A stretch of 59,996 nucleotides of DNA from an uncultured bacterium (GTDB lineage: Bacteria; Omnitrophota; Gorgyraeia; Kaelpiales; Kaelpiaceae). Shown here piece after piece: positions 18,547-27,028 of this stretch (within the stretch, counting starts at the first letter, position 1; each line of letters starts with the position of its first letter). A program made the position numbers and the translations under genes. The notes under the pieces are model-generated. The model did not search any database, was not told the origin of the DNA, and was given only the letters and a program-made list of their open reading frames with translations. The DNA is taken from contig CBEUCN010000002.1 in NCBI GenBank assembly GCA_965541635.1, positions 1 through 59,996 of the forward strand. The letters run 5' to 3'.

Positions 18547-20061
18547 ATGAATGAATTATCTTTGGAAAAAAAGGTTATAGAAACCATCGCTGGGAGTGGG
18601 GATATCGAGAGGTTAAAGTATCATCTTGATAACCTTACCGGCGGCAATACCCTCCTTATTTTGCTTTCTCGTATTACTACTCATCATACATTGGAGGAAC
18701 TCAAGTCTGTTCTTAAATCAGCCTTTAAAGAAAATGGGGTTCAGGTGAAAGTGACTACAAAGTGTGTGGAAGAAATCCAACGGAAATTAAAAAGGTGCGT
18801 CAGGAGTAAAAAGATAGAAGAGATAAAGTCTACTTTTGTTGATCAAGGCTGGATTTTTCCGTTATATCATGGTGGACTTATATATGGATTTCTGTGTCTG
18901 TTTATAAATAAGGGTAGACTGGATAGCCGGCTGTTGAGGTTTGTCGAGGATTTTCTTATGCTATCGCTGGAAAAGGCATTGAAGGAGATAGAATTAATAA
19001 AGGTTCACAGCAATTTGAGACCCCGTGCTATTGCTCTTTCTACTGTTCATACTGTTCATAGATTGATTTCCTCTACTCTCAATGTGGACGAACTTCTTCC
19101 TCGTCTGGCTCGTCTTTGTCTTCAAGTTACCAGATCCAAGACTTGTATAATATATATGCGGAAAGGGAACAGACTTCAGCCATCAGCAATTGCGAATATA
19201 AATTCCCAACCTCGAGTTAAGAGTCTGAATCTGGAAAAAAGTAAAATAGGGAAGGCACTGAATGAGGGAGCAGTTATACTTACCTCTCGAAGGTTGTGGG
19301 TGCCTTTAATAGAAGAAGAACTTGTTGGGGTTATAAGTCTTAAAGAAAAGCAAAATGGTAAGCCTTTTGATGTAAATGACCGTGAGATTGTAACTGTATT
19401 TGCTGAACAGGCTATTGTGGCAATTAAAAATGCTCAACTTTACGAAACTCAGAGTAAAATTCTTCTGGAGAGTCTCAAGACTTTATCTAAAACACTCGAT
19501 GTTAAATCTCCTCAAACCTACACTCATCCTTTGAGTTTTGTAGATTTAGTTATGGCTATCGCTGATGAATATGGAGTTTCTTCTAAAGAAAAGGAGTATA
19601 TAAAATATGCCACATTACTTTTAGATACTGGTAAAGTAGCAATTCCTGAGGAGATATTAAAAAAGCCAGGCCGACTTACTCCTGATGAATATCAGTCCAT
19701 AATGGAGCATCCTGTGAAGAGTGCAGAAATAGTTAAGTCAATAAAATCACTTAAGCCAGTTGTTCCAATAATTCTTTATCACCATGAAAGATGGGATGGG
19801 AAAGGATATCCCCGGGGTTTGAAAGGTAAGAAAATTCCTCTGGGAGCGAGGATACTATGTGTGGCTGATGCCTTTGAGGCTATGATTTGTCATCGGCCAT
19901 ACAAGGAGAGTTTGAATATTGAACAAGCAGTGGAAGAGATTAAAAAGCAGCGTGGTAAACAGTTTGATCCTGATGTAGTGGATGCTTTTTTAAGGGCCGT
20001 TAAAAAAGGCAAAATTAAAAAAATTGCCTGTAGAATGCTGGAGGAAATTTCTAAGAAATGA
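18547..20061 (+). CDS. GAF-domain HD-GYP protein with degenerate HD dyad
   Basis: GAF-like region around aa 165-300. HD-GYP motifs HHERWDGKGYPRGL and VADAFEAM are present. The LHDIGK position reads LLLDTGK. Confidence 0.8.
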   Translation: MNELSLEKKVIETIAGSGDIERLKYHLDNLTGGNTLLILLSRITTHHTLEELKSVLKSAFKENGVQVKVTTKCVEEIQRKLKRCVRSKKIEEIKSTFVDQGWIFPLYHGGLIYGFLCLFINKGRLDSRLLRFVEDFLMLSLEKALKEIELIKVHSNLRPRAIALSTVHTVHRLISSTLNVDELLPRLARLCLQVTRSKTCIIYMRKGNRLQPSAIANINSQPRVKSLNLEKSKIGKALNEGAVILTSRRLWVPLIEEELVGVISLKEKQNGKPFDVNDREIVTVFAEQAIVAIKNAQLYETQSKILLESLKTLSKTLDVKSPQTYTHPLSFVDLVMAIADEYGVSSKEKEYIKYATLLLDTGKVAIPEEILKKPGRLTPDEYQSIMEHPVKSAEIVKSIKSLKPVVPIILYHHERWDGKGYPRGLKGKKIPLGARILCVADAFEAMICHRPYKESLNIEQAVEEIKKQRGKQFDPDVVDAFLRAVKKGKIKKIACRMLEEISKK

Positions 20062-20339
20062 TTGTTAAAAATCTTTTTGTTAAAATAAAGAATGATCCTG
20101 TATTGTTGAAGCTTGTTAGATTTTTTCACGAAAATCCAGGCTGTATTGATAGTCCCGAAAATATAGCCAAATGGATTGGGGAGGAGTTTAAAATGGTTAA
20201 GAAAAAACTGGATTTTCTGGTAAAAAAGAGGATACTTGTTAAAGATAAAACCTATCTGGCAGAGGCTTATTCTTATACTCAGGATAAAGAGTTGATGGAA
20301 AAAATAGCAAAATTTCTGAAGGAGTTAAAAGATGAATAG
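20058..20339 (+). CDS. Small hypothetical protein, winged-helix-like
   Basis: 93 aa; ATGA overlap with the HD-GYP gene. The helix-rich pattern LLKLVRFFHENPGCIDSPENIAKWIG...LDFLVKKRILV is suggestive of wHTH only. Confidence 0.35.
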   Translation: MIVKNLFVKIKNDPVLLKLVRFFHENPGCIDSPENIAKWIGEEFKMVKKKLDFLVKKRILVKDKTYLAEAYSYTQDKELMEKIAKFLKELKDE

Positions 20340-21060
20340 TAAAAATTTAGTAATAATATTGGGAATATTTCTATTGTCAGGTTGTGCCAGTAATTATGTG
20401 TATATTCAGGGAAGAAAAGGGCAGTTAACTGCTGAAAGTAAATTTGATTATCGAAAATATAAATTATTTCCTTTTAAACAGGAGGACGAGAAAGATGGGA
20501 TTAAAGTTGGTGTGGAGTTTATACCCTATCCGGAATTAAATAAAATTTTTCAAGATAAACATACATTCGGACACCTGGCAGGAGATAATCCTTATCCTCC
20601 AGGTGTAATAGTGTTTAAGGTAAGAATAGAGAATAATTCTGATTCCCGGATATATCTTGAACCTGGAAATTTTGTTGTGATTGATGATTTGGGCACTCAG
20701 TATATGTATATAAATGCTGACAGGATAATTGATATTTATCAGGCCAAAAGTTTTGTATACACTTTTGCCAAAACAACTTCTGATTTTGCTTCCGGAATAT
20801 ATGGACCTTCTGCAGGATTGGTGAAAGGTCTTGCTGGTCGGGGGTTGGAAAGGAAAAAGGCACTTCTCAAATCTATTGAACTTAGTGGGGGATATGTTTT
20901 TCCAGGTGTAATATATGATGGATTTGTATGTTTCCTTATGCCTAATCCTAAAGCCAAAAGAATAAAATTTATAGTTTCTAATATAAAAACCGCATTTGAT
21001 GTTAATGATGAGGCACTGGGAAGTGTTGATTTTGAATTTGTTTTTGAAAGGAATGAATAA
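20332..21060 (+). CDS. Hypothetical lipoprotein
   Basis: Lipobox FLLSGCAS. A beta-rich segment (VIVFKVRIENNSDSRIYLEPGNFVVIDDLGTQY) is reminiscent of DUF4352-type Ig-like folds. Confidence 0.55.
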   Translation: MNSKNLVIILGIFLLSGCASNYVYIQGRKGQLTAESKFDYRKYKLFPFKQEDEKDGIKVGVEFIPYPELNKIFQDKHTFGHLAGDNPYPPGVIVFKVRIENNSDSRIYLEPGNFVVIDDLGTQYMYINADRIIDIYQAKSFVYTFAKTTSDFASGIYGPSAGLVKGLAGRGLERKKALLKSIELSGGYVFPGVIYDGFVCFLMPNPKAKRIKFIVSNIKTAFDVNDEALGSVDFEFVFERNE

Positions 21061-21063
21061 AAA

Positions 21064-21609
21064 ATGGCCAGATACAGTGGTGAGTTATTTCCAGAACTGG
21101 ATAAGAATAAAGGGGGTAAAAAAAGATTCCCTAAAGAGTTTAAATTAGTTCATGAAAGGTATATAAAACTTACCGAGGATAAAATTGCCCTTATTATTTT
21201 ATTTGTTGTAATAATGGGGGTGGGATGTTATCTGGCAGGTTATAATCAGGGGGTACATAGAGCAGAGAAAATGTCCTCACATCAGATATTTTCATCTCCT
21301 CGTGTTCAACTAAAAGATAACAGAATCAGGGTTACAAGACAGAAATCACAACCAAAATTAAATCACCTCCCCCAGGATAAATATTTAATTCAACTTGTAT
21401 CTTATAAAAATAAAAAGTATGCTCAGGCTGAGAAAAGAAAACTGGAGAAGAAGGGGTATAATGTGATAGTTAAAACATCTGGAGAATGGAATATAGTTTA
21501 TGCTGGATATTATACTCACAAAGCTGAGGCTGAAGCCGACCTTAAAAAGTTAAGAAAAATTTATAGAGATGCGTTTATAAGAAAAACGAAAGGAGGAGAA
21601 GATGAGTAG
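21064..21609 (+). CDS. SPOR domain membrane protein
   Basis: One TM helix (LIILFVVIMGVGCYLAG), then a C-terminal SPOR-like YLIQLVSYKNKKYAQAEKRKLEKKGYNVIV...YAGYYTHKAEAEADLKKL. Confidence 0.7.
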   Translation: MARYSGELFPELDKNKGGKKRFPKEFKLVHERYIKLTEDKIALIILFVVIMGVGCYLAGYNQGVHRAEKMSSHQIFSSPRVQLKDNRIRVTRQKSQPKLNHLPQDKYLIQLVSYKNKKYAQAEKRKLEKKGYNVIVKTSGEWNIVYAGYYTHKAEAEADLKKLRKIYRDAFIRKTKGGEDE

Positions 21610-21820
21610 ACATCCCAGTTTAAAAATTAAAACGCAGGCTCAGCAACGAAATGTACTCAAACGATTTGAGCGAGTGGCGATGGTAATTAATAGCGGAGAA
21701 GATGAGGTGAATGTATTCAAATTGCCCAAGTATAAAAGAAAGCGGTTAAAAGCAGCAAAGCATGTGGCGAAGGAAGAAAGGGAGGAACAAAAGACAGAAA
21801 CTACTCAAGGAAATGTGTAA
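21602..21820 (+). CDS. Small basic protein (TIGR04137-like)
   Basis: MSRHPSLK...QRNVLKRFERV matches the remembered N-terminal signature of this small family. Confidence 0.6.
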   Translation: MSRHPSLKIKTQAQQRNVLKRFERVAMVINSGEDEVNVFKLPKYKRKRLKAAKHVAKEEREEQKTETTQGNV

Positions 21821-22592
21821 AGGGTTTACAATATCAGTGATTTTATTTTTGGGGATAGAATTAAATTCTTATTCTGCTACTTATAAACAGGTGGCAGTTG
21901 AACATTTATATTTACGAGCAGGCCCCAATAAAAATTTTGAAATTTTGAAGAGGTTAAAAAAAGGAGACATTTTGGAATCGGTAGGGAATAAGTATGGCTG
22001 GACACAGGTTATACTTCCTTCAGATGTTGGGGTTTATGTTTATAGAGAGCTGATCTCCATTGATGGAGTTCAAGCAATAGTGGTAAAAAATAGGGTAAAT
22101 CTGAGAGCAAAGCCAAGTTTAAATTCTACTATTCTGGGTCAGGTTAATAAAGGAGATATTTTAAAAGTTGTGGAAGTTAAATCTGATTGGGTAAAAGTCC
22201 AGCCTCCACCAGATCTTACAGGATGGGTTAAGTCAGAATATCTTAAGGAATATGAGTTTAAACCAGTTGTAGAAATACCGGAGGAAGAAAAACCTCCAGT
22301 TTCAGAAAAAGAAAAGACAGAAAAAGAAAAGACAGAAAAAGAAGAGGAACAACAGGCTATAAGTAACGAACCTGAAATTAACTATCAGTTTTTTAGGGGT
22401 GTAATTGCTGATGTCGGAAGAATATGGGGGAGGAAGTCAAAATACAAATTAATAACTACTGAAGGAATTTATTATCTTAAAGGTCCTAACCAGTTGATTT
22501 TAAGTCATATGGGAGAAGAAGTAACAATTGAAGGTGAAAAGGTGGATGAAGATGTAATTTATATCCACAGGATTATAGATGAGGATAATTAA
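21813..22592 (+). CDS. Secreted protein with two bacterial SH3 domains
   Basis: Signal-like MCKGFTISVILFLGIELNSYSA starts at the internal ATG 21813. There are two SH3b-like units (LRAGPNKNFEIL...GWTQV and LRAKPSLNSTILG...DWVKV), an EKEKT repeat linker, and a C-terminal domain of unknown fold. Confidence 0.7.
   Translation: MCKGFTISVILFLGIELNSYSATYKQVAVEHLYLRAGPNKNFEILKRLKKGDILESVGNKYGWTQVILPSDVGVYVYRELISIDGVQAIVVKNRVNLRAKPSLNSTILGQVNKGDILKVVEVKSDWVKVQPPPDLTGWVKSEYLKEYEFKPVVEIPEEEKPPVSEKEKTEKEKTEKEEEQQAISNEPEINYQFFRGVIADVGRIWGRKSKYKLITTEGIYYLKGPNQLILSHMGEEVTIEGEKVDEDVIYIHRIIDEDN
22305..22343 (+). repeat. In-frame 15-bp tandem repeat (about 2.6 copies) coding EKEKT units
   Basis: GAAAAAGAAAAGACA occurs at 22305-22319 and 22320-22334, followed by a partial copy. 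Confidence 0.8.
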
Positions 22593-23682
22593 TGTAAATT
22601 TAGGTTGCAGAAGTTATGATATAGTTGTTGGGGATAGAATAATCTCCTACCTTAATAAGTTTATCTCCAAACTTAATCTCGGTAAATTGCAGGCAGTAGT
22701 AGTGACCAATCCCTCAATATTATCTAATCATCAGGATTATTTTCTGCAGGGATTGCGTAAGGCGAGAGATTATCACTTTATAGTACTGCCTGCCAGTGAA
22801 AAGACAAAGTCATGGCCGGTGTTATTTAAAGTTTTGAAGAAGGTATTTACTATAGACAATCGTGGCGATGTATTTTTAGTATCGTTTGGTGGAGGAGTGA
22901 TAGGTGACCTTACTGGTTTCTGTGCTGCAATATATAAACGGGGTATTCCTTATATACAAATTCCTACAACTCTACTGGGAATGGTTGACTCTAGTATTGG
23001 AGGTAAAACCGGTATCGACCTTGAGTTTGGTAAGAATTTAGTGGGTGCCTTTTATCAACCTTATTTAGTATTTTCTGATTTAAAATTTCTGGAGACTCTA
23101 CCAGTAAAAGAAATAAAAAATGGAATTTCTGAAATTGTAAAATATGGGATAATTACCGACCCTGCCATTGTTGATTTTCTGGAGAGAAACTTAAAACAAA
23201 TTCCAAAATTTAAACCTAAAGACTGGTTGCAGATAGTGGTTAAATGTGCCCAGATAAAAGCCCAGATTGTGGAGGAAGATGAACTGGACAATAAAGGGGT
23301 GAGAGCGATATTAAATTTTGGTCATACTCTGGGACATGCTTTGGAATCAGCACTTAACTATAAGGGCATATCTCATGGCGAGGCTGTGGCTTTAGGTATG
23401 GTGGCAGAAAGTATTATGGCTAATAGATTGAACATCCTTAAAGAAAAAGACCTGATAAGGATTATAAATCTTATTACTTCATTAGATATTCTACCCCGTT
23501 TGAAGGTAAAACCTTCCAGTTCACGGGTTCTTTCTCACCTCAAATATGATAAAAAAGCCAAAATGGGAGAATTGAAGGTTGTTTTACCAGTAGCAATTGG
23601 AAAAGTTAAAATCATTTCTTCCCCTCCACTCCAGGTTATCAAGAATTCATTTCGGGAGGCAGTCAAGTTATGTATAAAATAA
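22579..23682 (+). CDS. aroB: 3-dehydroquinate synthase
   Basis: GGGVIGDLTGF, PTTLLGMVDSSIGGKTGI and NFGHTLGHALE. Confidence 0.93.
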   Translation: MRIINVNLGCRSYDIVVGDRIISYLNKFISKLNLGKLQAVVVTNPSILSNHQDYFLQGLRKARDYHFIVLPASEKTKSWPVLFKVLKKVFTIDNRGDVFLVSFGGGVIGDLTGFCAAIYKRGIPYIQIPTTLLGMVDSSIGGKTGIDLEFGKNLVGAFYQPYLVFSDLKFLETLPVKEIKNGISEIVKYGIITDPAIVDFLERNLKQIPKFKPKDWLQIVVKCAQIKAQIVEEDELDNKGVRAILNFGHTLGHALESALNYKGISHGEAVALGMVAESIMANRLNILKEKDLIRIINLITSLDILPRLKVKPSSSRVLSHLKYDKKAKMGELKVVLPVAIGKVKIISSPPLQVIKNSFREAVKLCIK

Positions 23683-24086
23683 CTGTAACAACCCATAACC
23701 GGGTGGAATTTAGAGATATAACATCTGATATTCAGAAACTAGTAGAAAGAAAAAAGATTAGAGATGGGATATGTGTTATTTATCTTCCTCACACTACAGC
23801 AGGATTGGTGATAAATGAAAATTATGATCCTGCAGTCAATAAGGACATAGCCAGATGGTTACAGCAGAATATTCCCTCGTCGGGAGATTATTTTCATCTC
23901 GAAGGCAATGCTGATGCTCATATAAAATCTTCAATTGTTGGAAATAACCTGGTAGTGATAGTGGAAAGTGGAAGAATTGTTCTGGGTAGATGGCAGGGTA
24001 TTTTTTTAGCAGAATTTGATGGGCCTCGTAGAAGGGAAGTATGGGTAAAGTTTCTCCTGCAAAAAGGAGGTGAGAACAATGGCTGA
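23670..24086 (+). CDS. yjbQ: YjbQ/UPF0047 family protein (secondary thiamine-phosphate synthase enzyme)
   Basis: ITSDIQKLV, YLPHTTAGLVINEN, NADAHIKSS and GRWQGIFLAEFDGPR. Confidence 0.85.
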   Translation: MYKITVTTHNRVEFRDITSDIQKLVERKKIRDGICVIYLPHTTAGLVINENYDPAVNKDIARWLQQNIPSSGDYFHLEGNADAHIKSSIVGNNLVVIVESGRIVLGRWQGIFLAEFDGPRRREVWVKFLLQKGGENNG

Positions 24087-24342
24087 AAACTGGGTAGAAG
24101 TAGGTATTGTTACCAATTACTATGCCAAGCCAATGGCAGCAGTGGTGGAAATTACTGCTGAGGGAATAAAGGTGGGAGACAAAATTAAGATCAAAGGCCA
24201 TACTACTGATTTTGAAATGGTGGTAGAATCAATGCAGATTGAACATCAATCAATTCAAGAAGCATTGCCAGGACAGATAATAGGCCTTAAGGTTAAAGAG
24301 AGAGTAAGACCTCATGACCGCGTATATAAACTTGCAGAGTAG
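24079..24342 (+). CDS. Translation elongation factor-like small protein (EF-Tu domain-2-like barrel)
   Basis: VTNYYAKPMAAVVEITAEGIKVGDKIKIKGHTTDFEMVVESMQIEHQSIQEA matches the remembered family pattern. The ATG at 24079 follows an AGGAGG SD. Confidence 0.6.
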   Translation: MAENWVEVGIVTNYYAKPMAAVVEITAEGIKVGDKIKIKGHTTDFEMVVESMQIEHQSIQEALPGQIIGLKVKERVRPHDRVYKLAE

Positions 24343-24353
24343 GAGGTGAGATT

Positions 24354-24584
24354 GTGGCTCGAGCATATCTGAAGATAAATGTAGAACCAGGTAAGGAGAG
24401 AGTGGTAAAAAATCAACTTCTGGAGAGAAAAAACGTTGTTCAGGCAGATTTGACTTCAGGTGAACAGGATATAATTGCTCTTATTGAAGGAGATAATTAT
24501 GAACAGTTAATGGACTTCGTGATTACAGAGTTAAGGCCTATAGATGGAATAATTAAGACTGTGACTAACCTTGTTCTGGAGTAG
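24354..24584 (+). CDS. Stand-alone Lrp/AsnC ligand-binding (RAM) domain protein
   Basis: 76 aa: AYLKINVEPGKERVVKNQL...VVQADLTSGEQDIIALIEGDNYEQL. Confidence 0.7.
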   Translation: MARAYLKINVEPGKERVVKNQLLERKNVVQADLTSGEQDIIALIEGDNYEQLMDFVITELRPIDGIIKTVTNLVLE

Positions 24585-25133
24585 AGTTTTGGACTCTTTA
24601 TCTGCTAAGTAAAGAGGATATGGCCAGCGAGTTGTTGTAGTGGTGGAGAGGCATATTGTATATAATTCTTTAAGTTTAAGTTTCCCTCCCGAAGATATTA
24701 TTAGAGGTTTGGTATTGTCCTTGGTGCAGAGAGCAATTCCTATTCTTTTATTTTTGTAAACAACGTAAGCATATTTTCCTCTAAGGTGATTAAAATCTTT
24801 ATATTTGCCTACCAATACCTCTTTGGCACATCCTATAGTTGGAGTTGCAGTGATTTTTTCTACAAACACAGCGAGACCAAACCCTGTGGGATGGGCTTTC
24901 CCATGTCCATTGACAAAGATCACCTGAGGTTTGGTTTCAAATTTATTTAGGATATTAATTATTAATGGTCCTTCTTTTAAAAACAAAAGGCCTGGAATAT
25001 ATGGAAAGAGTCTCTTTTCTGAAAGAATAACAGTCTTTTTTTCAATTATGCTTCCTTCTGGATATTTACATACAACTCCAACACCAATTGCAGTTTGGCT
25101 CCGATAACTGGCATCAATTCCGGCTATTATCAT
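24531..25133 (-). CDS. nfi: Endonuclease V
   Basis: IAGIDAS, FPYIPGLLFLKEGP, VNGHGKAHPTGFGLA and PTIGCAK match Nfi motifs. It is the only minus-strand gene in the window. Confidence 0.85.
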   Translation of the reverse strand: MIIAGIDASYRSQTAIGVGVVCKYPEGSIIEKKTVILSEKRLFPYIPGLLFLKEGPLIINILNKFETKPQVIFVNGHGKAHPTGFGLAVFVEKITATPTIGCAKEVLVGKYKDFNHLRGKYAYVVYKNKRIGIALCTKDNTKPLIISSGGKLKLKELYTICLSTTTTTRWPYPLYLADKESKTLLQNKVSHSLNYSIYRP

Positions 25134-25168
25134 ATTATTAGTATACCAGGGTAGTAAATGATATCAAC

Positions 25169-25198
25169 TTGACTATTTATCCCCAGGTGTGTTAAGAT
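25169..25198 (+). promoter_or_regulatory. Candidate promoter for the lpt-hpf-tig gene run
   Basis: TTGACT (25169-25174), 18-nt spacer, TAAGAT (25193-25198), in the 78-bp divergent gap between nfi and the LptC/A-like gene. Confidence 0.4.
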
Positions 25199-25211
25199 AA
25201 ACAAACTCGAG

Positions 25212-25979
25212 ATGAAGAGATTTTTGTTCCCCCTGTTTTCAATAATGGTAATAGGTAGTACCTATTCTATATGTGAAGAGAATATAGATAGTTTTGTATT
25301 TTCAGGTTATGATGGACAGAATAAAAAAAAGTGGGAGGTTTCCGGAGATAGTGCTGAAGTTAACGGAAGTAAGATATTTCTTAAAAGAGTCAGGGCAAAA
25401 ATATATCAGGATGAAGGAATAATAGATATTAATGCTCGTAAGGGGGTAGTGGAGCGGGATAAGAGCGTGATTCATCTCCGAGATAATGTTGTGATTAGAG
25501 ATAATGATGGCGGATTTTTGTATACTGATTTTTTAAACTGGGATCAGAAAAATCAAAAGGTATGGACTGAGGACTATGTTAAACTAGTTAAAGATAATAA
25601 TCAAATCCAGGGGAAGGGGGGAGAATTGGAGACAGATTTAAAACAGGCTGTGATAAAAAAAGATGTTAAACTAAATGCTATTCCTCAGACTATAATTACA
25701 TCCCGCGGTCCTCTAGAGGTTGATTACAATAAGAATATTGCAGTATTTAAAGATAATGTTCATGTTGTGGATAGAAGGGGTGAAATTTACTGTGATAAGC
25801 TTACTATATATTTTGATGACAAAAGAAAAAAAATTATCAGGGCTTGCGCGGAAGGGAATGTCAGATTGCGTCGGGGCAATTCTTGGAGTTTTTCATCTCA
25901 GGCAATCTATGATGTTGCCAGGGGGAAGGTGATTCTTTTGGGAAGGCCAAAACTTGAGATTTATCCTGAGGAGAAATAA
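25212..25979 (+). CDS. LptC/LptA (OstA-like) family protein, possibly both modules fused
   Basis: N-terminal anchor. The first half is LptC-like (KIFLKRVRAKIY...IHLRDNVVI...TDFLNWDQKNQKVWTEDYV). The second half is LptA-like (AVFKDNVHVVD...IYCDKLTIYFD...ACAEGNVRL...AIYDVARGKVILLG). It lies directly upstream of lptB. Confidence 0.65.
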   Translation: MKRFLFPLFSIMVIGSTYSICEENIDSFVFSGYDGQNKKKWEVSGDSAEVNGSKIFLKRVRAKIYQDEGIIDINARKGVVERDKSVIHLRDNVVIRDNDGGFLYTDFLNWDQKNQKVWTEDYVKLVKDNNQIQGKGGELETDLKQAVIKKDVKLNAIPQTIITSRGPLEVDYNKNIAVFKDNVHVVDRRGEIYCDKLTIYFDDKRKKIIRACAEGNVRLRRGNSWSFSSQAIYDVARGKVILLGRPKLEIYPEEK

Positions 25980-26696
25980 ATGCTTACAGTTAGTGGGCTG
26001 GTTAAACAATATCGGGGAAAGAGAGTAGTAGATGGTGTAAGTCTTGAAGTAAATAGTTCTGAAATTGTAGGGCTCCTGGGGCCTAATGGTGCTGGTAAGA
26101 CCACTTCTTTTTACATGATTGTAGGCTTGGTTGCTCCCGATAAAGGTAAGGTATTTTTTCAAAATAAGGATATAACCAAACTGCCAATGTATAAGAGAGC
26201 GAGACTTGGGATTGGATACTTATCTCAGGAACCTGCCCTATTCCGGAATATGACTGTGGAAGAGAATATAATGGCAATTCTTGAGACTCTGGATATTCAT
26301 CCTCGTGAGAGAAAACTGAGGCTTCAGATGTTATTGGAAGAATTGCGGATTTCTCATCTTGCTAAAAATAAGGCCTATACTCTTTCAGGTGGAGAACGAA
26401 GAAGATTAGAAATCACCAGGGCACTGGCTATAAATCCCTCTTTCCTTTTACTTGATGAGCCATTCAGCGGAATTGATCCCATTGCAGTAGCAGAATGTCA
26501 GGAGATAATTATGGAACTTAAGGAAAGAGGGATTGGCATTTTACTTACTGACCACAATGTGAGAGAGACGTTAACCATAACTGACCGTGCTTATCTGATA
26601 TCAGAAGGTAAAATTTTACTTTCAGGTTCAGCCCAGGATTTAATAGAAGATGAGCAGGCAAGAAGGATATATCTGGGTGAAAAATTCAGAATGTAA
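25980..26696 (+). CDS. lptB: LPS export ABC transporter ATP-binding protein
   Basis: Walker [10 protein letters not shown], signature [11 protein letters not shown], Walker B LLLDEP. Size and context are typical of LptB. Confidence 0.93.
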   Translation: MLTVSGLVKQYRGKRVVDGVSLEVNSSEIVGLLGPNGAGKTTSFYMIVGLVAPDKGKVFFQNKDITKLPMYKRARLGIGYLSQEPALFRNMTVEENIMAILETLDIHPRERKLRLQMLLEELRISHLAKNKAYTLSGGERRRLEITRALAINPSFLLLDEPFSGIDPIAVAECQEIIMELKERGIGILLTDHNVRETLTITDRAYLISEGKILLSGSAQDLIEDEQARRIYLGEKFRM

Positions 26697-26710
26697 GAAA
26701 GGAGGTAGAG

Positions 26711-27028
26711 TTGAACCTGACCATTACTGGTAGGCATTTTGATGTTACTTCAGCCTTAAAGAATTATGTTGAAGAGAAGTTAGGTAAACTTCAGAGGTAT
26801 GCCAGTGATATAATTTCCATTCATGTTATTCTCGAGATGGAAAAACATACTGCAGTTGCAGAGATTAACTTAGCAATGAAAAGATATCACATAAATGTAA
26901 AAGAAAGAAGTGAGGATATGTATGCTGCGATTGATAAAGCCTTTGATGTCGTTAAAAACCAGTTATTAAGGCATGAACAGAAAATAAAAAGCCATCGCGT
27001 AAAAAAGGAGGAAGAGATTGGAGGTTAA
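26711..27028 (+). CDS. hpf: Ribosome hibernation promoting factor (short form)
   Basis: MNLTITGRHFDVTSALKNYVEEKLGKL with DMYAAIDKAFD; 105 aa. TTG start follows GGAGG. Confidence 0.9.
   Translation: MNLTITGRHFDVTSALKNYVEEKLGKLQRYASDIISIHVILEMEKHTAVAEINLAMKRYHINVKERSEDMYAAIDKAFDVVKNQLLRHEQKIKSHRVKKEEEIGG

Noticed and set aside
22305-22343. Short tandem repeat as a possible CRISPR or minisatellite
   Set aside because: It has only about 2.6 copies of 15 bp, no spacers, and lies in frame inside a coding linker (EKEKT units).
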